Assembly: GCA_001770205.1 (NCBI GenBank)
Contig: MEQL01000044.1
Coordinates: 62,001 to 94,357 of the forward strand
Direction: 5' to 3'
Source of the DNA: Bdellovibrionales bacterium RIFOXYD12_FULL_39_22
GTDB lineage: Bacteria; Bdellovibrionota; Bacteriovoracia; Bacteriovoracales; Bacteriovoracaceae
DNA: 32,357 nt
Of this stretch, positions 26,857 through 32,357 are shown in pieces. The position numbers were made by a program, and so were the translations under genes. How positions within the stretch are numbered: the first letter of the stretch is position 1; each line of letters begins with the position of its first letter. The notes beneath the pieces were generated by a model that was not told where the DNA came from, did no database searches, and saw nothing but the letters and a program-made list of their open reading frames with translations.

Positions 26857-29800
26857 ATGATTCGACGTTTCTTTGATTATTTTTTGATTGCTTTCTTTTC
26901 AGTGGTGGCCTATCTGAGCGGGGAGCAAGTTTTTGGAACAGCTCGCAGCGATATGGTTGCCGAGTCAGCAGATATTGTAGGGAAAATTTTAAAAGTTTCC
27001 CATGTAGTTAAGTTAAAGGCGGAAGGATTTTTGGCATGGAATGATGCAAAAGAAGAGCAATCACTGGTATTAAATGATCAGGTATATGTTCATGACTTTT
27101 CCGCTACAACGCTGGCATTTTCAAGTGGGGAAGAGGTTCGTTTGGCCTCGAATACTCTTTTGAAAATTGATGGGACGAAAGATCTCCCTGAAATTAATCT
27201 CAAAAGTGGATTAGTCTACTTTAAAATTTTAGATGAAAAAAAATCGAAATTAAGCTTGCAAATGGGAGGGAAGAAGATAACTTTCAAAAAAAAACGAGGA
27301 ACAAGTGCAGAGCTTGAGATTTTTAAACAGGAAGAGTCTCTAAAAATAGTAGTTCATCAGGGAGAGGTCCAAATGGCCTCTCAAATAGCAACAGACGATA
27401 AAGTAGAAAACTTAGATATCAGCGAGTCGCAGTTTATAGAATTAAATGGCCAAGAAAGTATACCTATTGAGGCCGTTAAAGTAAGAGAAGCAACTTTGTT
27501 TTTACAAAAACCCAATGATGGAGAAAAAATTGTCTCTTATGAAAATAGTGGGCAGGTGGAATTTTTTTGGAAGCAGTTGGCATCAGGTAAGGCCACCAAA
27601 ATTCAAGTCGCTAAAGATCGAAAATTTGAAAACATACTTTTTGAGGAGAGAGTGGAATTGGGCGTAACGTCGCTGTTTTTTAACTACGATTCCCCGGGTA
27701 GCTTCTATTGGCGCGCGCTTACTGTGATAGATGATGGTTCCGAGGAGGAAGAAGAGATGACTCCCCCGCATAGTTTTTCAATAGTCAAAAACAGTCCTCC
27801 TGAATTTTACTATCCGGAGGAAGGGAGTACCATCTTTTTGGATGAGGATGGCCGAGTATTAAACAAGACTCAAGCAATATTGGAGTGGCAATCCAAACAG
27901 GACGCAGATTACTTTTTGGAGTTGTATAAGGGAGAAGATAATGTAGTTGGACAACGGCAAAAAACTAATCGCTACAAATTGTCTAGCTTTTCCGAGGGCG
28001 CCTATCGTTTTCGAGTGAAGTATAAAAATCTTGATATGCCAGATTCTCCTTGGACGTCATTTCGCAATTTTTTTATCGAAAGAGTGCAACTCCCGCGCAT
28101 AAATACCTTGGCCGCCCCTTCGGATGGAGAAGAGTTTATAACAAATCCACAAGGGATCGATCTTCGCTGGGAAGCAGATAAAAATGCCGTCGGTTACTTA
28201 ATTATGCTTGCAACCGACATGGAGTTTGAAAATGTTGTGGTTAGAAAAACGGTCTATGATCATGAATTCAATTTTATGCCAGAAAAATTTTCTACCTATT
28301 TCTGGAAGGTAATGCCCATTGATCGCTTGCAACGAAAAACCACTTTCTCTCCAATTTTTAGTTTTTCCTTGGCCAATTATGCGGTAGAACCCCATTTTCC
28401 CACGGCCCAAGACGAATTGGTATTAAAGAGCGTAGATGATAAGATATCTTTTTTAGTCTCCGGAACAATGCATCCACAGGTTCAATACTACTTACAAATT
28501 GGGGTAAGTGAAAATTTCGAAGGCCATTTTTTTGAGGCCCCTCTGTCGACCTCTGCTTACAAATGGGAAGAGAGCGAAGAAGGACAGTTTTTTTGGCGCA
28601 TAAAGATGGCCGACCCATACGGAATAATTAGCTATTCTCAAGCTATTCCTATTAAAATTGAACAGGCCCCAGAGTTAAAAAAACCGGTGATTGATTTGCA
28701 AAATATAGAGCAGCAAATGGATATTAAGCGGGTTCAACCGAAAAAGCGAAAAAATAAAAATTCCACTTTTTTACATCGCTTTTTTAATTTTATTATAAGT
28801 AGTGCATATGCGGAGAGCGTGGAGAGTGAAGAGTATGTCGACATTGTAAGTATAAGATGGCCCAAACAGAAATTAGCAGTTAAGTATTGCCTGGAAATTT
28901 ATCGTGATGAAAAGGGGCAACGTCAGCTTTTATCCACTATTGTCAGTGGAGTGCAATATGACTGGAAAGATCCACAGCAAGGAAGAGTTTTTTGGCGTAT
29001 TGCGGTGATTGACAAATGGGGAAGGCAGAGTCCTTTTAGTGATCTTATTGCCTTAGATGTTGTATTGCCGGAGAGCCTAAAACCCTTTGATCCACCTCGC
29101 TTGATTTGGCCTTTGTATGATCAGGCCATTGATTTGAAAGATTCTATGGCCACCTTTTCTTGGCAGGGGGCCCACGGAAGCATTAAGTATCAGTTTGTTA
29201 TTGCACATGATGATCAATTCAAGGTTCCTATTTTTAAAACGGAACTTACTGGCCAATCAGTGGCCGTAGATCTTTCACAGATTGTGCAAAGGAAGGCCCT
29301 TTTTTGGCAGGTGGTTGCCTGGAATAATCTAGGTAAAAAGTCAACAACGATTAGACAGAAGGTGATAATCAATCCTCCCAAAAGAAGAAAAAAAATTACG
29401 CATCCTGGATTGCATAAAAATTTAGCGATGATGTTAACACCTAGTTTTGTTAAATATAAATCCAGCAATGAAGAGTTAAATATTGAAATCAATTTTGATG
29501 GAATTGTTTATACCTCTTTTGCCTTGGCCGGCCAATGGGAGCGTTCTAATGGAGATTTTTTTGCCATGCAATCATCTCGCACTTCGGGAGAAGTTTTTGG
29601 AGAAGTGGCCTATCAAGATAACGAATTATACTTATCCTACAACCGCTTTTATTCTTTAGGACTTTCCTTGCCAACATACATTGGCCTAGGAGTGGGGGGA
29701 GATTTCATTACTCAACTTGAGCGAAAAAATGGTGATTTTACTAATGATAATGAACTTTTTTATGAATTACTATTACTAGGCGGCATAGAGTGGGGAACAG

Positions 29801-30015
29801 CGCATAAGAGTCGCTGGATTCATGTCGCAGAATTAGGAATAGGTGGAGGATCAACTCTTCATCTTCAACTAAAATATCAATTGTCGTTTGAGTTATTTAA
29901 TACATATTTTCTTTTTGTAGACGCCGCTCTCACTAAGCGTTTTTTATATGGTAAAGAAGTGGTGATTGAGCTTGATCAGGATAAAATAGGAATTGGGATT
30001 AAAAAATTATTTTAA
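26857..30015 (+). CDS. Large envelope protein: N-terminal anchor, FecR domain, six FN3/Ig-like repeats, C-terminal beta-barrel
   Basis: N-terminal hydrophobic segment; FecR-like L-x-x-N-T-L-L-K-I and VHQGEV; six repeats of P-x-x-G...W...Y-x-L-x-I...(Y/F)WR; about 200-aa amphipathic-strand C-terminus ending IGIGIKKLF. Confidence 0.75.
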   Translation: MIRRFFDYFLIAFFSVVAYLSGEQVFGTARSDMVAESADIVGKILKVSHVVKLKAEGFLAWNDAKEEQSLVLNDQVYVHDFSATTLAFSSGEEVRLASNTLLKIDGTKDLPEINLKSGLVYFKILDEKKSKLSLQMGGKKITFKKKRGTSAELEIFKQEESLKIVVHQGEVQMASQIATDDKVENLDISESQFIELNGQESIPIEAVKVREATLFLQKPNDGEKIVSYENSGQVEFFWKQLASGKATKIQVAKDRKFENILFEERVELGVTSLFFNYDSPGSFYWRALTVIDDGSEEEEEMTPPHSFSIVKNSPPEFYYPEEGSTIFLDEDGRVLNKTQAILEWQSKQDADYFLELYKGEDNVVGQRQKTNRYKLSSFSEGAYRFRVKYKNLDMPDSPWTSFRNFFIERVQLPRINTLAAPSDGEEFITNPQGIDLRWEADKNAVGYLIMLATDMEFENVVVRKTVYDHEFNFMPEKFSTYFWKVMPIDRLQRKTTFSPIFSFSLANYAVEPHFPTAQDELVLKSVDDKISFLVSGTMHPQVQYYLQIGVSENFEGHFFEAPLSTSAYKWEESEEGQFFWRIKMADPYGIISYSQAIPIKIEQAPELKKPVIDLQNIEQQMDIKRVQPKKRKNKNSTFLHRFFNFIISSAYAESVESEEYVDIVSIRWPKQKLAVKYCLEIYRDEKGQRQLLSTIVSGVQYDWKDPQQGRVFWRIAVIDKWGRQSPFSDLIALDVVLPESLKPFDPPRLIWPLYDQAIDLKDSMATFSWQGAHGSIKYQFVIAHDDQFKVPIFKTELTGQSVAVDLSQIVQRKALFWQVVAWNNLGKKSTTIRQKVIINPPKRRKKITHPGLHKNLAMMLTPSFVKYKSSNEELNIEINFDGIVYTSFALAGQWERSNGDFFAMQSSRTSGEVFGEVAYQDNELYLSYNRFYSLGLSLPTYIGLGVGGDFITQLERKNGDFTNDNELFYELLLLGGIEWGTAHKSRWIHVAELGIGGGSTLHLQLKYQLSFELFNTYFLFVDAALTKRFLYGKEVVIELDQDKIGIGIKKLF

Positions 30016-30120
30016 GCTTGGTTTTTTTACAACTTCGATTTTGTCTCTGTATGATATAACACTTCTACTCCAAGCGATTTTAATTTTCTAATTTTGATGC
30101 GAGCACTAAATTATGCGAAG

Positions 30121-30164
30121 AAAAAAATGGGATAGCTCAGTCTGTCTTTCCGAGCGTTGCTCCC
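30121..30164 (-). terminator. Probable terminator of the 30199..30807 gene
   Basis: Minus strand: GGGA-GCAAC-GCTCGG-loop-CTGAGC-TA-TCCC-A-T7. Confidence 0.5.
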
Positions 30165-30198
30165 TTATTCCTTAATAATGAAATTCTTCCTCGACTCA

Positions 30199-30807
30199 CT
30201 AATCTAGCTTATTCAATACTAAATCCAAACGCGAAACGAAATTAAGAAGGTCTTCCTTTTGTTCGACCAGATAATCTTCATCAGAAATTACTGTATTTGA
30301 TAAAGTATGTTGTTGTTCCCACTGTTCAAAAGGATTTAAAGCATCAGCACGAATTCTTCTTTCTTCCTCTCCATTTCTTCCATATTTAGAAGCAATTGCA
30401 GGGAACCCTACGCCAACTCCGAAACCTGCTCCAGAAACTAATGTATACATTGTCCACGCTGATATTGCAGGAACTTCTATAGCTACTCCGATAAATGTTA
30501 TAAATGCAGCACCTGCTCCCATGAAGGCGGCGGCTCCAGATGAGTAAGAAACCTGCATTCTTTCTTTGAATCTTATTCTTTTTAACTCTTTCGTAGCATA
30601 ATATTCGGATGGCCCGAGGAATTTACAATCATCGTCTGCTTGACAAAATTCAAACTTAATAAATTCTTCATCATCAATAAATTCTTTAATAACATTTATA
30701 CGACTTGAACTTTCTTTTGTAATAACATCAGCAAAGGAAGTAAATGAACCTAGTAAAAGTATAGACATTAATAATATTTTCACTGGCCATCCTTTGGAGT
30801 TTTTCAT
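30199..30807 (-). CDS. Hypothetical exported protein with a Gly/Ala-rich hydrophobic hairpin
   Basis: Signal peptide ending SFA; paired Cys (CQADDDC); two hydrophobic G/A-rich segments. Confidence 0.7.
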   Translation of the reverse strand: MKNSKGWPVKILLMSILLLGSFTSFADVITKESSSRINVIKEFIDDEEFIKFEFCQADDDCKFLGPSEYYATKELKRIRFKERMQVSYSSGAAAFMGAGAAFITFIGVAIEVPAISAWTMYTLVSGAGFGVGVGFPAIASKYGRNGEEERRIRADALNPFEQWEQQHTLSNTVISDEDYLVEQKEDLLNFVSRLDLVLNKLD

Positions 30808-30940
30808 CCTAATTTACGAATCAAATATTATAAATCAATGCCCATTATTTCAGATTGTGGTGAAAAATGGGGGTTAATCGTTCACCAATCTAATTCCCAT
30901 GTCCTTAAGGCGACTGTAGCCTTCCCTTTGGACACGCATT

Positions 30941-30968
30941 ATTATATATAAGCTTAGTGTAATGTAAA
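30941..30968 (-). promoter_or_regulatory. Sigma70-type promoter for the 30199..30807 transcript
   Basis: Minus strand TTTACA (30968-30963), 16-nt spacer, TATAAT (30946-30941). Confidence 0.55.
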
Positions 30969-31153
30969 GTTGAGCTCAGCGATAGGATAAGTGTAAATTT
31001 TTACCGCACTGTCAATTTTTTTTCCACCAAATAAAATGGAGTTAAGAAGGCGCAAGGACGAGAACCATAACGGGATTGAGCATGGATATAGTTCCAACTC
31101 GGATCTAATTTGTCCGGCGATCTACTAAATGTAAAAGGAAGAAGGTGTTATTT

Positions 31154-31954
31154 ATGAACAATGAAAACAGCAAACAAAGTAATGAAGCAACCGCATTAAC
31201 GCTGATGGCCGACTTTCCTAAAATATATTGCCCGCTTGTGCGCAAGATATTTAAGATAGATCCAGTTATTTTTAAAAAACTAGGATCTCGCTATAAACTA
31301 AAGGCCCCCGAAGTCTATTTGGTTATTAACAAAGTCAATCCCGGATATGAGTGGGTTTTTGAAGATCCCGAAACCATTGCCGTAGAAAAACTAGATGGAA
31401 CTAATATAAAAATCAAAACAGAAAAAGGACGACTAGTGGCCGTCCAGAATCGAATGAATATCATCGATCCACTTAAGGTAGTAGGAGGGCCAGCACATAT
31501 CGTAGATGGTATTTTGCGCTCGGCCTCCAAAGATTTAATCAAACCAGATGGTGAACAGGTCGGAGAGTTGATAGGCCCTAAATTACAAGGCAATCCCTAC
31601 AAACTGGAGTCACATGAGTGGTATCCTTTTGAGAAGGCCATTACCGATTTGAGATATAAATCTTTTCATGAGCATGAACGGAATTTTGAAAATTGGAGTT
31701 CTTGGTTTAAAGATCATTTACACTCTCGTTATTTTACTAAACGTGCTTCTAAGTTGGGATTGACGGAGTCAGTTTTTGCGGAAGGAGTTATTTTTTATAA
31801 TCTCAAACGCAAAGCAGAGAATAAGTCTTGGCGGGCCAAACTTCGTCGCGATATGTTTGCTTGGTTTTATGAACCAGAGATTCCTGTGGCCGGATATGAT
31901 CCTAATGCTGAATATTCAGATGAGGATCTAAAGCTTCAGGATCTTAAAGACTAA
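31154..31954 (+). CDS. ATP-dependent RNA ligase-like nucleotidyltransferase (RLIG1/C12orf29, DUF5565-like)
   Basis: Motif I EKLDGTN; GELIGPKLQGNPY; motif IV EGVIF; motif V AKLRR; no OB domain. AAGGTG RBS favours ATG 31154. Confidence 0.8.
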   Translation: MNNENSKQSNEATALTLMADFPKIYCPLVRKIFKIDPVIFKKLGSRYKLKAPEVYLVINKVNPGYEWVFEDPETIAVEKLDGTNIKIKTEKGRLVAVQNRMNIIDPLKVVGGPAHIVDGILRSASKDLIKPDGEQVGELIGPKLQGNPYKLESHEWYPFEKAITDLRYKSFHEHERNFENWSSWFKDHLHSRYFTKRASKLGLTESVFAEGVIFYNLKRKAENKSWRAKLRRDMFAWFYEPEIPVAGYDPNAEYSDEDLKLQDLKD

Positions 31955-31985
31955 TCACTTGCATTCTTTAACTACAAGCAAATAG

Positions 31986-32357
31986 TCATAGGTGATCGGT
32001 ATTTACTCTAAACTCAAATAATCCGGCCTTAAAAAGTCCGTTCACCTCAACGATGCTTTTCTCTCTGGGAATACGAGTAGAGAATAAATTTTTTCCGACA
32101 ACTTGTTTCGACAGACCTCGAATTACTTTTGAAATTTTAATAACGGTATTGGATTTTACTCTGGATAAAAAATATCAACCACCGTTGTCAATTGCCTGAA
32201 AAAGCGCAAAGTCAAAATATCCGAGATCAAAAATTATAAGATATCCTGCGACTGTTTTTAAATCCGGAAAATGGTTGTGATCGTTGCTAGTTCCAGGACT
32301 TATATCAAACCATTTTACAACACCGCCAAAAATGTCAAAGCAGTGATGCCACTTTAT
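31986..32357 (-). pseudogene. Disrupted IS4-family (DDE_Tnp_1) transposase fragment; 5' part beyond the window end
   Basis: Manual translation: IKWHHCFD...FDISPGTSNDH...LIIFDLGYFDF...DNGG*YFLSRVKSN...FEFRVNTDHL*. In-frame TGA at 32175-32177; frame ends at 31986 with no Y-x2-R-x3-E (third catalytic residue) motif. Confidence 0.82.

Noticed and set aside
30129..30164. GGGATAGCTCAGTC resembles a tRNA 5' end/D-arm
   Set aside because: No anticodon arm, GTTCRA T-loop or acceptor 3' strand follows; better explained as a minus-strand terminator.
30895..30936. Faint likeness of the leader (GCTACAG...TAAGG...ATG) to the c-di-GMP-I riboswitch
   Set aside because: Lacks the GGCAAA start, GAAA-capped stem and GACGCAAA junction.
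31071..31120. Small stems upstream of the RNA ligase (GAG..TGGA/TCCA..CTC) as a Y-RNA or tRNA-like substrate
   Set aside because: Stems are only 3-4 bp and there is no tRNA-like T-loop; not distinguishable from chance.
3032..31593. Other short track ORFs nested in or antisense to long genes (e.g. 3337..3675, 4715..5149, 11586..11888, 24501..24833, 31315..31593)
   Set aside because: Shadows of well-supported genes, often mirroring low-complexity codons; no independent motifs.
32175..32177. In-frame TGA as a sign of genetic-code reassignment
   Set aside because: TGA ends intact genes here (e.g. 5093, 9044, 22335) and no other gene shows read-through; a nonsense mutation is simpler.
1..32357. 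CRISPR array, prophage or known anti-phage defence operon
   Set aside because: No regularly spaced direct repeats and no recognisable cas, phage structural or defence genes.

Overview
AT-rich bacterial chromosomal segment with no CRISPR array, rRNA or convincing tRNA. Gene content (TIGR04565-type barrel, 'INSCGIREW' STAS-zinc protein, FecR/FN3 proteins, many receiver domains) suggests Bdellovibionota-like ancestry, which is inference only. In order: 5' part of rne (not in the ORF track); three tandem response regulators; a secreted papain-family protease divergent from a FecR-LPP20-LPP20-LpoB-like-COG3014 envelope operon; two tandem tetraheme cytochromes c in an operon with a beta-barrel gene; a TlpA-type thioredoxin; a secreted Cys-rich protein; a MATE pump; a degenerate SGNH/TPR protein; a U32 pair; a second barrel paralog plus FadL; a PP2C-STAS(Zn)-hybrid kinase-REC-barrel operon divergent from a 1052-aa FecR-FN3x6-barrel protein containing an internal signal-peptide-like motif; a secreted orphan with a structured leader; an RLIG1/DUF5565-like RNA ligase; and a decayed IS4 transposase (not in the ORF track). 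The best candidates for undescribed systems are the trans-envelope FecR-barrel protein with its partner-switch operon and the cytochrome-barrel operon. All family calls come from motifs recognised by eye; no searches were run.
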